64,000 nt of DNA from Amoebophrya sp. A120 (taxonomy: Eukaryota > Protista > Dinoflagellata): positions 4,179,420-4,243,419 of the forward strand of contig CAJINV010000008.1 in assembly GCA_905178155.1 (NCBI GenBank), in the 5' to 3' direction. Positions 26,459 through 39,114 of the stretch are shown in pieces (positions within the stretch are counted from its first letter, which is position 1; every line of letters starts with the position of its first letter). The notes under the pieces were generated by a model. It searched no databases, had not been told where the DNA came from, and saw only the letters and a program-made list of their open reading frames with translations. Both the position numbers and the translations under genes were made by a program.

Positions 26459-29400
26459 ATGAAGTCCTACCACATTACGACCCCCAGCAAAATTGTGACG
26501 GCCGCCGCGACGAGAAAAGATCCGGGTTCAGCGTCGAAAATAACTGGCGTCCTCAAGCCGTCTACCTCCACACCATTGTCCTCAGCCCGCCGGGAGACCA
26601 CGAGGAGTCCGTCGCCGGGCACGAAAAGAAGTGCAGCTGCTGCTGCGTTTCAGTCGGAGCAGCAAGCAAGGTCGGAGATTAATACTTCCCGTTCGAAGCC
26701 TGGCGAGGACCGTACGAACTGTAACCCCGAGGAGGACGAGGACGATGAAACCGGTCCTCCCGTCCGTGAGGAGCATGATCGCACGCGCGTTCATATCGCA
26801 GGACCGAGCGCGACCTCAAGTTCGTCTTCCTCGTATTGCCGCTCACCTGGACGCGGAGCGAAAACTGGATCCACCTCTTCGGCGAAATTGCTTACGGGCG
26901 ATCGCAGGGGCAGCATGATGGTCCCGACTTCCCGGAGTAGAACGTCTACTCCAAGGAACTACAACGCCGCTGGCGCCAGCGCAGCGACCGCTGCACCCTC
27001 GCCAAGGCCCTTGCGAGTGAAGAACGATTGCAGTGCTGACCAACAACTGCCGCAGATAAACCCGTCGCCCCGCCCGGAGCACGATTCTGGAGCTCGTACA
27101 AATGGCGCAAGAAAACTTGAACGAAATCAAGTGGCATTTTCGGAAGGAGCGCGTCGAGCTGATCGTGATTACAGTCGGACGAAACACGGCCCGCCTTCCA
27201 GTCGCAGCGCCTCGGGCTCGCCTGTGAAGAAGCTGCAAGCAACGAGGATACGAATGCCTATGCCGTCGTCTACTTCCGGTAACACTGCAACTACAGGGCC
27301 AGATACACCGAATGGGTCGTCCGTGATTAACGTCAACCGCCAGGTCACTCACTGGAAATCCCTCTACGAGACGGCTATCGAGGACTTCGGGAGCGGTATG
27401 CACAGAGAATTCTACTAGCTCATGACATCCACTGCAGTTGTCGTGCTGAGGGCAGCGTATAGTACTTAGTTCTTGTTGAGTCTCCGACTTGCGATTCATC
27501 ACCAGTGTTGCACGACCGTGAAGATTGTGCGGCATTGAGTGTCTGTGCTACTGCTCACAGCGGCAGCGGATCGTGATCTATTTTTTCTTTTCTACAAGAG
27601 AGCGCAGCAAATGGGAGGAGGAATTCGCGAACTACCGACTCAAGGAGGAAAAGTGGAACTTGGAAAAGAACGCTCTGCTCGAGTAAGTAAAAATTAATGG
27701 CACTACGACTTTGTATAAACACCTTTTGGGTACGAGTACAACTCATCGCGGGCTCGACAATAGTGACCGCTCTGCTCGTTGTAGTGCCACTGCGACTGCC
27801 ACCAATAGTACCAGTGCATGACAACATGATCTAGAAGCACATGCCGATTGGTGGATGATTCTTCTCTTTGTTGCGAGTGCGACGTGCATTGAAGATCACA
27901 ATGACAATCACTATCACATCACTCTATCGCATTATTGTGACAACCCCTCCACTGCCACGTGCTCTACTCAGGTACATCGAGGAAACGCGCAAACGCGACG
28001 CAGTGACTGGGACCGCCCGCGGATTGAACAGCACTAGTACAGGCTCGTCCTCGTCCGTGAACGAGTTAAACTATGTGAAGGAGCTGCAGGGGCAGCTGTC
28101 CCACGCGTTGCAGCAGCAGAATTTTTTGGAGGAAGCGTACAGCGAACGCGAGTACAAGTACTCCGAGCTGATGCAGCAGAAGACGCAGGAGCTGCACGGC
28201 TATTGCGCGAAGACCGAGCAGATGGAGAAGCTCACCGAGAAGCTGAAGAAGGAGAATCAGCAGCTGCTGAACAGGGAAAAGCAGGCGAAGCAACAGAGTG
28301 TGGTCTTCGAGAAAAAGATCAACGAGGACAAGCAACTGCTCAACGACTGCAAGAACCAGCTGCAGCGGCAGCAAACGGCCCTCGCGGAGCTCCAGCTCAA
28401 GTTTGCGGAGACCAGCGAGAACCTGAAGCTCTGCCTGCAAGAAAACGAGCTGCTCAAGAGTTCCGCTTCGACCGCGGCTACTTCCGCCTCGGCGGGGGAG
28501 AGGGAACGAAGGGAATCTAATGAGCGCGCGGATCTACTGCAAGCGGAGTTGAGCCGCAAAACCGACGAGATGGGACGGCTGAAACAGGAGTTTGCGCAGC
28601 AGCACGCGAGCTCGCAAGCCATGATCGGGCAAATGCGCCAGAAATTGCAGCAAGTGTTGCGCAGTGGAGCCTTGATACAACAACACCAGCAGCAGCAGGA
28701 TGTCGGCGTGGGAAAGAAACTTAGCGACGATGGAACAAAGTTGCTTGTACTAAATAACTCCAGCGGGGGCGCGGCAACCTCCTCCGGGTCGAGCGGAGCA
28801 GACCTCTACGGAACTATAAACACGACGACCCCAAGCCGTCCGGTGATGGCGAGCCACAGCGGTGAGCAGCTGTTGGAGGAGATGCGGCACAGAGAGGAGA
28901 CGATCGTGCAAATGGTCCGCGAGGTGTACGCGTCCTTCGGCCACGAGCTCAGCTGGCCAAGTACGTCGCAACTGCGCGCCCGGCAGACCGTCTCGTCCGA
29001 ACAAGCTGAAGTAGAAGTTGACGTGGTTGAGCTGGTGCGGTCGGCCCTGAAAGTGCTGTCCGACTACGCGAGGCGGGATGTGGAAGGGCAAATGCAGCAC
29101 GAGCACCACTTGGCACCGCACCTACAAGAGCGAAATCCGGACCCGCATCGAAGACGAGCAGCACCAAAGCACACTTATTCTGGAGGAGATGAACTTGTTG
29201 ACCAGCATGTCGCTGAGGAGACTCCAGCGCTACGCGACGGATCATTCTGTGCCAGGTCCACCAACGCAGGTCGTGTCGCGGGCCACGGAATGACGACAGG
29301 CGGGACTTCTAGTGGAGGATCCAAAAATCCCAACGGCATGCGAATCGTGTTTGTCGACGAAGGAGATGCTGGAGGAGCGTTTGGGCAAGAGAGGGCGAAC

Positions 29401-31867
29401 TACCTTGAAGATCATGACCAATTCCGCGAGATCCACCCCCCGCAGGAGTACGACTGCGAAGCGGATATTGCTCGAAATGGGCACGACGTACAGATGCTAT
29501 CGAGCACCAGAGCGTCCGGGTACGAGGACGTCCAGCAGATGGACAACCACGATGATTACCTCCACGCCGGCGGACGAGTGCCTCCAGCACAAGCGCCTAG
29601 ACACGAGGCGCACCATCAAAAAATGCTGCATCGGTCTATTGCGGACGAGAGAGGGCAGCAGCTAGACGAGCAACTTGGCGTTTTGAATAAAACCGACACT
29701 TCGTTTACCTCCACCTTCTCCGTGGCTGAGCACTTGCGGCAGATAAAGGACGCCTTTGTAAAAGTGCCTCCGGGCGGCGGGCGTGTGAGCCGGGACACGC
29801 AATACAGCGCTACGGCTGCGATGAAAGTAGAAGATCAACGACAAGAACCCAATTCAACAAGTTCATCTATGAGTCGTGGTCCAGCTGAATGGCACGAGGA
29901 AAGAAGAATAAATACCAGAAATGACCTGTCTGGAGATCATGATAGAAGTAGAGGACAAGTACATAATTCTCCTGGTGGTCCTGCCACTTTTTCCGCGTAC
30001 GAAAATTCTTCAAATCGCCAGCAGCCCCCCAAGCCTCCGCCGTTGCCCTTTCCAGAACGGAAAATCCAATATGGCGCAGACCCTCCTCGTGTGGCCGACG
30101 ACGCGTTCATTTCGTCTGCACGAGGTCCTCCTCCGTCTGGCCGCGCCCCAGCACCTGCGATGAAAATCGCAGCGCTCCAGCTTCCAGGGGGGAACAGCTT
30201 CGGCACGCGATTGCAACGGGAAAATGCGCCGTATAGTGCGACAAGGCCCTCCTCCGATGGTGGAAGGACCACGGGAAACAACGCAAACGCTGCTGGTCCC
30301 CGCTCGTCGCCAGCAGCGGCACCGAGCTCTTCCAGTACGAGACGGAGAAACGAACGCCAACCATTGAACGAGACAGCCCCAGCGGAAATGATGCTCAATC
30401 TGACCGCAACCAGTGGCTGGGCCAGCAACCGCTCGTACGCAGGTGGAGGTGGCACCTCTTCGATTTCCTCTGCTGCAAAGCAAAGGGAGGCCGCTAGAGA
30501 CATGAATCACACCTGGCACCACCACGACCATCTCGGGAGTTGGACGTCGCAGGTGGAGCAACAAGAGGAACTACAAGCACAGCAGGAGCACGGCGATTTT
30601 TTTCACAACCCGACAACGCCCGCGACAACAAGCAACTTCTGCGTCTCGCCCAGACCAGTTTCGTTGCCCGACTTCAACAACTCAAAGACCTCGCCCGCGG
30701 TCTTGCCAAGAACGTTGCCGGGCCCGCCGACAAGTAAAGAAGTTGATTATCGTTTTGCCGGAAAAGATCATAAGATGTTTATCTCCAGTCTACTCTGCGC
30801 CGTAGCATAGCCTTCAATTTGATCATTGTTGCATGTCCTCTGATTGACCCGCCCCTCACGATTGAAATACTGTTGAAATAAGACTTTTCGGCTTCGCATC
30901 TAATCAGGACAACATCGCCCTCCGCGTAGCGCTCCTGCGCACGAGGCGGCCCGCCGCGGTGGAAGTCCAGCACCGCGAGATGATCAGCAGCAACATCGTC
31001 GAAGCCCGAGCACGACCAATGCGGGCACCCCGAGCACCGTCTTACAGCCGCCCGCTCTGGGAGGTGCTGGTCGGGGAGGCGCTTATCCTGGTGAGGAACC
31101 GCTGGACCGAAATGGGAATACTAGGACTTCACCTCATCTAGTCGCAACGCAGAATTATGATGATCCTGTGAACGAGGTAGAAGGCGTGGCCCCGACGCAC
31201 CATAATGGCGCGACGACGAGTAGATATCCTGAGTAAAAACGTACCCACACCAGAGTCAGGATAAGGATTTTGCAACACAAATCTAGGAGTTTTGTGAGTC
31301 ACGCATGACAAGTTGCGCTATGCAGTGTAGTGCAGGTTAGCAAGTGCAGCCGCATCACAGATTCATCTGCTCATCCTGTTCACAGCATCACAAATTCCAA
31401 AACAGGCTTGGAAATGGCTCTCATGGGGATGCGCATTACAAGTCTTCCTGTCTTTGCAAATCTGCATTGCAACTCTGGTGTGGGTACGTTTTTACTCAGG
31501 ATAGTAGAACGGAGGAGCTGACTGATAAGATCAGCATGGTGCGGAAGCAGTTTGCCTCCATACGCCGTGCTCTAGACTATGAATTGCAAAAATGTCTGGG
31601 TCTGGAAGATTGCAACTTGTCATGGTAAATCTGAAGCATGCAACAATCTGTGTTGCATGAGTGCCAAAGGCTGTCAACTTTTGACCAAGTTGGAACGGAG
31701 TCTCTCATGCAGAATAGGCATGGCAGAGACCTCACAGAGTCTGTCATGCTAAGTCTCGCATTCCAGACCTCATCGGTCATGGAAAATCTGCATGACAAGT
31801 CTACACTCTTCCAGACCCAGACATTTTTGCATTTCATATAGACCTGAACAGTACGACGCGCGGATAG
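26459..31867 (+). CDS. Large coiled-coil / disordered hypothetical protein
   Basis: Long ORFs with heptad-rich E/Q/K/L sequence (ELQGQLSHALQQQNFLEE...), joined by GT-AG introns. The last exons join in frame across elements 31225-31503 and 31578-31838 to ...RRALDLNSTTRG*. Confidence 0.75.
31225..31503. mobile_element. Introner element, family B (reverse orientation)
   Basis: TSD gtaga/gtaga; perfect 32-nt TIR tatcctgagtaaaaacgtacccacaccagagt. Confidence 0.97.
31578..31838. mobile_element. Introner element, family A
   Basis: TSD tagac/tagac; TIR tatgaattgcaaaaatgtctgggtctggaaga ... tcttccagacccagacatttttgcatttcata. Confidence 0.96.
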
Positions 31868-32505
31868 CTCGTATTTGAGATAAGCACCCGCTGCAATGTT
31901 GACACGTGCTTATAATTTTAGCATTTTGGTGATGTGTGTCGCCAGAACTCTTGATAGTGCGTTTCGTGTGTGCGTGTGGTCGAATGAAACGAAGTGCATC
32001 TACTTCGAGGACTGCAAGGTCAAACATATTATCGCGTGTGGAGATGAAGATGATGCGGATGGTTTTGATTACGCCTTCGTTTTCCTTTTGTGTGCAAAAG
32101 GGGGGGCCAGACGAAACTGAACGAAAAAACAACCAAGGCGAAAGCGGGAGATGGATGTCTGAAAGGCATGACCACGTTACTATCGTCAGTTCTCCTTTGT
32201 TACACAGAAATTTGGGACGAGCAAGTAGGCTTCCTCTACTTCTTCCGTGAACGGTTTCTCACTCTCACGAGCGGCATGAGTACGTAGGTGTGTGTGTAGC
32301 TCGACTTTAAAAGTCAGTTCTCATGAAGATGATCCTAGCACCAGCAGTGTAGTACCACGTTCGCGTGAATGAGGCGCTGATCTCGTCCCACGTGTCTTCT
32401 GTGAAAATGCCAGAATATCAACGCCCTTTCAATTGTAAACCCGAATTACAACATATTCATATTGAAAATTGCTGTGCATGCAACACAACATAGACTATCA
32501 TCAAG

Positions 32506-35500
32506 ATGTTTTCCCCCGCCCCCCGGCCACCAGCTCCCGGAGCAGGTGGGAGCACAGCAGCCCGCCGAGCGGGTCCATCACCAAAGCAATCGCCTGGGGC
32601 ACCCGCGCGACCACTCGGCGCACCGTCACCACGCGGAGGAGGTGGATTCTCGCCGGGGCAAAATGTGAAAGGCAAAGGAAAGGGCGGCGCCGGTGCTACA
32701 ATGGTGTCCCCAACTACCGGCGTCGGCCCCCGTCCAGGAGGCGGCGCACCGCGCAGATTCAACAGCCCCCCTCTCAGCCCGAACACGAACCTTGGGGGAG
32801 TCAGCCCCTCGCCGAGGGGAGGAGGCGGTGGGGGCGGCATGATCCTGGGGAATAACAGTCCGAACGCGTTGCAGCAGGCGGCTCTGCGGGACGAAATGGC
32901 AATCGGGAGAAATTTGCTGAACCGGAACGTTACAACCCAAGAGTTCAAGCGCGAAAATGAGCAGCTGAAAAAGGAGAACGAGCAGCTGAAGCAGCAGATT
33001 CGCGATCTCATGGCGACCACGGATGCCAAGTTTCAAAAGGTCGTCGAAATGATCGAGCAGTACGTATCCTGTGTTGTAAACACCGGTGACACCCAAGAAA
33101 TTGAGTAACTTAATTTATTAGTACTATCCGATGTTGAATAGTCAATGATAGATTGGGAACCCTGCATCTACATAAATCCACGAGAAGTTTTGGGACGGGT
33201 CAACACGTCGCATGTTGGGAAGTTTTTATCTGTAGTGCAGCTTAGCAATAGCACGGCCAGCCTCATCGCATCATGTGCAGAATTACGAAAACACGAACAG
33301 AAAAGCCTCTCATCAGGATGCGCATTAGACAAATGTTCCTGATGTTGATGCAAATCCGCGTGACACGGTTTTTACGTAGGATAGTACGAGGAAAAGCAGC
33401 TGAAGGAGTCCCTCCTTACCGAAGAGCAGGTAAGCATGGCAAGATATGTCTGGATTTGTGATGCGAGACTCGTATCGAGAGCAGGATCTCGTAAGAGGCT
33501 TTCCGTGCTTGGAGGTAGTTCTTGTCATGCGATGTAACTACGAATGTCAGTCCTCATGACGGACATGCCGTATTGCCATTCAACAGGAGACCCCTGTGTC
33601 ATGCAAGATTCAGCAACACACTCTCGCACTCGCTGCATCTTTGCAGAGGACCCAGACTTATTTGCACATGATAGCGGGGCGGCGTAAGCAAGCGGCAGCA
33701 AAACGAGGAATTCTTCGAATTGATGCAGGAAAAGCGGCGACTCGAAACGTTGGTGGAGAAAAAGAACGAGGAAGCGGACTTGCTGAACAAGCTTCTCGCC
33801 AAAAAGCAGGAGGACTTCCTCTTTTCCATTGAGCAGTTGAAGGATGTCAAGTCCTGGGCCAAAAAGACGATCAAAGAGGTAGAGGAGAAAGCGGAAATCG
33901 CAATCAACAAGAGGGACAAGAGAATCTACGAATGCGTATCATACACGTAAAGACCGATAGTTATCCTACCCAAACGTAGTTGCCATGCAAGTCTGCGTGC
34001 TCACATGAAAGCTGTGTAGTCTACTGCGCAGCCTAGTACTAAGCAGTGCTTCTGCTTTCTAACCGTGCTTCGTGGGTATTCGAGATGGTCGGTTTGTGAA
34101 AACTCGCCCGCTGGTGCACCTCGCTACATACGACTGACGGTGGGATCCCAAAGCTGTCATACGTGTTGTTGACTCCTACGACTTCTTGACTTGTGTAGCA
34201 AAAAAAGTATCTATGCTGGAGCTGCGGGTAGGTAGACGTTTTTCCCCAGCAAAGTACGAGAGAGAGATCTATCGGAAGCAAGAAACGGTCGACCAAGTGC
34301 TGAAATTGCTGCACCGGGAAAAGACGAAGTGCGAAAAGTTGGTGCTTTCCACAAACGAGCTGACGCGGATAAGCATTGTAAATTCAAATATCTCTGGGTC
34401 TGGAAAAAATCGAATTTCTATTGCTTGTCGCGCATTTTGTAGAAAAACTGTTGTGCATGTTGACGACCACCACCGGCTGCAAATAGAGTGCGACCTCCTG
34501 CTTAATATTTCTCAAGCCAATAAAACGCAGTTTTTCCATTGCGCGCCCCGCGCATCCACGACAACTATCTAAGTGACCACTCTCATGAAAATCTGTCATG
34601 CACAGCTGCACTTGCGCTTGGAAGTATAGTTGTAGAGCTAGAGTTCCAATCAACATCGACAATTTTGCATCTCAAGTTCCCACCTCCAGGAGGCGGCCCA
34701 GACGTAAAATATCTTTGTCGCATTGATAGCGGAAGCTGGAAGGCGATTTGGAGTTCAAGCTCCGCATTTTGAACCGCGAGGTCGAGCGCGTGATGAAGAT
34801 CGGCGAGGACAAGTTCCGCGCATGGCCGTTCAACAACAACACATATCCAGAGAAAGGAAAACTCTTACTGTTGCGACAAGGTGATGCCAAAACTTCTTGT
34901 GATGAGGTGCCTACCTAAAAAGCATATTTTTAATCTGTCTTGCTAGAAACGCAATTTCTCCGTGGATAATTTTCTGCTGTTTCGCTCTGCTCCCTAGCTA
35001 ATTCCAAACAAATACGCATCGGAGGCTACCTCTTTATTGATGTCATGTGGAACTAGAACTGCAAAGCTTGCAAAGAAAAGTCACTTCCACAGAAGAGCTG
35101 CACAAATTTTTCCCTGCGATACCATGAATCCCGCTGTGACTGGAAAAACCGCGAAAAATACCACCGCCAACAACGTGGACGTCAAAGCTGACACCAGCAA
35201 GAATGACGTAGCGAATAAAGCAGACACGGTAAGAACTGCAGGCCCTACCGACCGCGCACAGTGGTCGAAAAAGGAGCAGGCGGCGGCCGCAAGGACGCCT
35301 TCAGTCTCATCCCCCGCCGCCGGCGCAGCAGCGGGGAGCGGAGCAAAGGGTGCAGCGGGCGCGCCGTCCTCCCCCGGCGCGGGGGGCGGAGGAATGATCG
35401 CAGGCGGTGACGGAAATGTAAATAACAAGGGTGGTAGAAATATAATGAACAAAGACGCACTCGCACATCATGAGGACACTTCTGCGGCGCACATGAAAAA

Positions 35501-35570
35501 AGGGAAACTAGTATCACCACATGAACCAACGCACACTTCGAAGAAAGGATCTGGTAAAGGAAAAAAATGA
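32506..35570 (+). CDS. Coiled-coil hypothetical protein with Pro/Gly-rich N-terminus
   Basis: KRENEQLKKENEQLKQQ..., EQYE|EKQLKE, ELTR|KLEGDLEFKLRILNREVER read in frame across elements 33065-33383, 33431-33673 and 34370-34728. Junction to the final exon is not resolved. Confidence 0.7.
33065..33383. mobile_element. Introner element
   Basis: TSD gtacg/gtacg; ends tatcct...aggata. Confidence 0.88.
33431..33673. mobile_element. Introner element, degenerate family A
   Basis: Flanks gcagg/gcggg; taagcatggcaagatatgtctgg ... ccagacttatttgcacatgata. Confidence 0.8.
34370..34728. mobile_element. Introner element, degenerate family A
   Basis: TSD gcgga/gcgga; taag...tctgggtctgg ... cccagac...gata. 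Confidence 0.82.
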
Positions 35571-36284
35571 ATGTTTGTACTCAATGTTTTGATGGATACG
35601 ACGAGCGGTATAGCAAGTAGAAATATTTTTTGCAGCGGCGTTCTGTCTATCTGTTTCTCCTGATGGGAAGATGCCGCACTGTACACAATTGTTCTCGCGT
35701 CGCACAAGCACGTCCTTTTCCCTTCGCAAAGCCATGCAGAAACAGCAAGGGGTCTGGTTATACAAAAGAAAAACATATGACTACATATTGAATGAACTTG
35801 TGCTGGGTGATCCTTGTTCATCCCTAATGCGCATCTAATAGTCACTTCTGATGGAGCTTCTCGTGCTGACAAAATTCCATCCAAGCGTGCCACAGGCGAC
35901 TTGTGGCATTTTCTACCCTTTTGAAGACGGCTCGGCGCAGTTCATACGATAGTTCCCGCATCGATTTTTGTAGCAGTTCCCCTGGAAAAATGTTGATCAA
36001 CGATTGAAGATCCTCATGCCGAAGCACTAAACGCGACGCAATAAACCAGTTCGCGTGGTCAACATCTTTGACCGTCTTTATCCTGCGGTACTTAATGAAT
36101 TAGTCGCGCAGTTGAGGACCACCAACTTTCCTGACCTGATCGCAGATGAAAATACAAGTACAACCGAGGACCCGATTTATTTACGTCCGAACGTGGCAGA
36201 GGCCGACGTAGGTGTTTAATAAAAATCGAGCTTCAAAAATTTTTTATGAGCTTGTTTTAATAATTAAAGTATTCTATCTTCATC

Positions 36285-38300
36285 ATGTTGTCCGCTGGTG
36301 ATTCAACATCGGTGGAAGCCGGTGGACTACTAGTAGAAGCTGCCGCTCCGGGCAGCAGCACGAAGCTGCGAAAGCGAGAGCTGCGACGCAACCTCATCTC
36401 TGCGATCTACCTCTCCTTCACCCTCGGTCACGCGCACATCAGTATGCGAGCCTCGTCCCTCTCCCTGCAGGTCCTGTCCGCGACCTTGGCCTTCGACGCA
36501 TTAGTCCTCGCCTTCGGAGGCTTTTTGCTATCCAGTGCAAATATGTGTATGTCTTCTAGAACGACAAAAATAAAACGCAAATTAATCATGATTTGTCACG
36601 CTGACAAGTCTTGCAGACGACCAAAGCGGCCTTTTGTACGGCGTGAGCCAAGATGAACCCCAACGGATGAACACAAGTTTCCTATGATTTTTGGGTGGTA
36701 GCAATATTGCAAATTTACTTCTAATACTAGGTGTACTTACAATTGCATTTTGCTTTTGCGTGACAAACTGCGACCCGCAGGTAAGTAGCACGAGTGAAAA
36801 GCAGGCCGCTCCGGCTGTTCTTGCACCAGAAATTTTGTTTGTTGTCCTATGTCCTTCAAATCTCGACGTTTCGTAGCCCCAGACCACATCTTTGCGATGC
36901 ATACCCGCTCAAATGGCGCAAATTGCTGGAATTTCTCGGCCGGGTCCGGTTCTTCGCAGACGCGCTGGCCTGGCCCTTTTTCCTCAGTTTTGCGGTGAAC
37001 TATGCTGCGGAAAAATTCGTATATCATCTCCCCAAACTCAAAGCGGAAATTTCTCATGCTCTTTTTTTTGTAGCTACTGCTACAGATCTAACGACCGACC
37101 TAGTACTATAGCAAATCATCGTCACCCCCTGGCCACGCAAACAAATCGGCCTCGCCAAGGTTCTTCATTTTGATACGAGGAGTTGGGGAGGCTTTTGCTT
37201 TTCGTTTGAATATAAAAGTGGGAAAAAATTGCGACTTTATTGCCGCTCACAAGGCCGACAACTGGGAATTCATGCTGCAGAGCCTGTTCTACCTGTTGTC
37301 CCTGATTTTCGTGTTCCGCGAGGTGACTTACTACTGCTACGTGTTTTTCGATCCCAAAGGCACAGAGACCAAGATTCTCGCAAACCTCAGGGCGGACGGA
37401 AATATCGACGCAAACACCGGACGGTACGCGCCCGCTCGCGGGGCGGGAAGTATTAAAGATGCGTCCGTAGGAGCGACGCCCCGCGACGCGCCACTTGTGA
37501 ACAACCCAGTAGATGACCCCGCCGGGAACAGGAACTACCCAGCGGGGGGCCCTAGAAGTACACCTTTGCAAGTGCCCGGGGCGATGGAGATGACCACGCA
37601 AAGCACTAGTAGGCAAGCCAGCTCTAGTAGTGGCCCAACCTCTGCTGTTGCAGAGGATCTTCACCGAGATTATCCAAATGCGGCCACGTCAGATGCACAG
37701 GTGGTCCAGCGGGTCCTCGCCGCCCCCGCAGCTCCGGCCCTGCAGCCCCGCGTTGCAGCAGCAGGCGACAAAAACAACTTCAAGGATGACGACGAGCAAC
37801 CCGAACACGAGCAGAACTTGTTTTCCCTGGCCCAAAGTTTCCACCCCGGGTTCTTGCAAACCAAAGCCCCGCGGGACGAGCTCCCCGGGGGCCGCGGCGG
37901 CGGCTCCTCGTCCCTGACACGAGGACAGCAGGGCGTGAAAGCCGACTTCGGCGACTGCCTCCCGCGAAACGCGGTTTTCGGCGGGTACTTCCGGCCACTC
38001 TCCGAGGAGGCGGACGACGGAAGGTTGGTATTCGTGCCCGTGCCGAAGCGCGACGGCCTGTACATCGCCAGCGGCATCGTGATGCTGGAGCACCTGGTCC
38101 TCGGGTTTTCCGCGTTCGTCGACCACGTGCCGCACAAATTTCCGCCGCTCTTTTTCGGGGCGGTGATCGGGTTCGGGGGCCGGATGCTGGAGAAGAAGGT
38201 GGAAAATTTAAGTTACGCCCGCCTCTCCCTCCGCCTCTCCGAGTTGCTCTGGATGTATTGCTGCTTCCGCCAAGAACAAAGCTGCGACTCCCTGTTTTAG
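36285..38300 (+). CDS. Multi-pass membrane hypothetical protein
   Basis: Hydrophobic segments (LAFDALVLAFGGFL, WPFFLSFAV, LFYLLSLIFVF, PLFFGAVIGFGG) in three ORF blocks joined across element 36529-36903 and a non-canonical intron at about 37021-37219. Confidence 0.6.
36529..36903. mobile_element. Introner element, degenerate family A
   Basis: tatccagtgcaaatatgtg ... cacatctttgcgatgcata; flanks tttgc/cccgc; frame restored by element+5. Confidence 0.7.
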
Positions 38301-39114
38301 CAGGAGGCTGAAGTTGGTTCATCGGACGAGAGGTGAAAATGCCGCATTTTTAGTGCATCACGATCTTCACCGACTTGAATGCTTTTACAGGAATCGCACT
38401 CCGTCGCAATTCTCGCTGAAAAAAAATGCCCACACTTGATGATATTTTCGACGCTAAATTGCAAATTCGCCGTCGAGCACTTCTGCGCCACTTCGAAATA
38501 ACCTGTCGCCAGACGATCTGTGTGTGTGTGGCCGCTCCTCTCTCATGTGGATGCATGTGAATGCTCGAATTATATATATATTCTTGCTTTGCGATTTTTA
38601 TCTTTCGTTTTGCGCAAATAGAATTGCACCCGATCGTGCTCATGTGTGTGTGTTTTTGCTCAAATACAATCGGATCCCTGCGATTTGCCTTCAAAGGGCT
38701 TCACCTGGTCTCGCTTTTTTTTACTTGGCCTACGACCCATTCCGTGTCTTTGAAAGTTCATTTGTCTTCGTCCTCTGTTGCACTATTTCGAAGTCGCATT
38801 TGTGTTATTGTTTTGCCGGTGTTTTTCTTCTCTGGTATTGTTGTTGTTCCCGCTCACTCTTGTATGTAGTTCATCCTGATCCTGTTCTGGCAGGCGCGAT
38901 ACAATAGCACTTGCCGTCCTAACTTGTCATTGGTTGAGATTATATAGTTAAGTACATTTTATCGCTGCTCGAAGCGCTTGCGAAAGAACAGACACAATGG
39001 GATGGCGAAAGTCTTCCCTCGTGGTTCTCCTCCTGTACCGTGAGAGGCCCTAGTACGTTGTACTTCTGTGAGTTTCACTCTTGAAAAACCTCCAGCAAAG
39101 AACTCACCAAGAAA

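Noticed and set aside
33937-34249. Additional introner starting tatc at 33937
   Set aside because: No matching right end or TSD; an in-frame GC-AG intron (33934-34249) explains it equally well.
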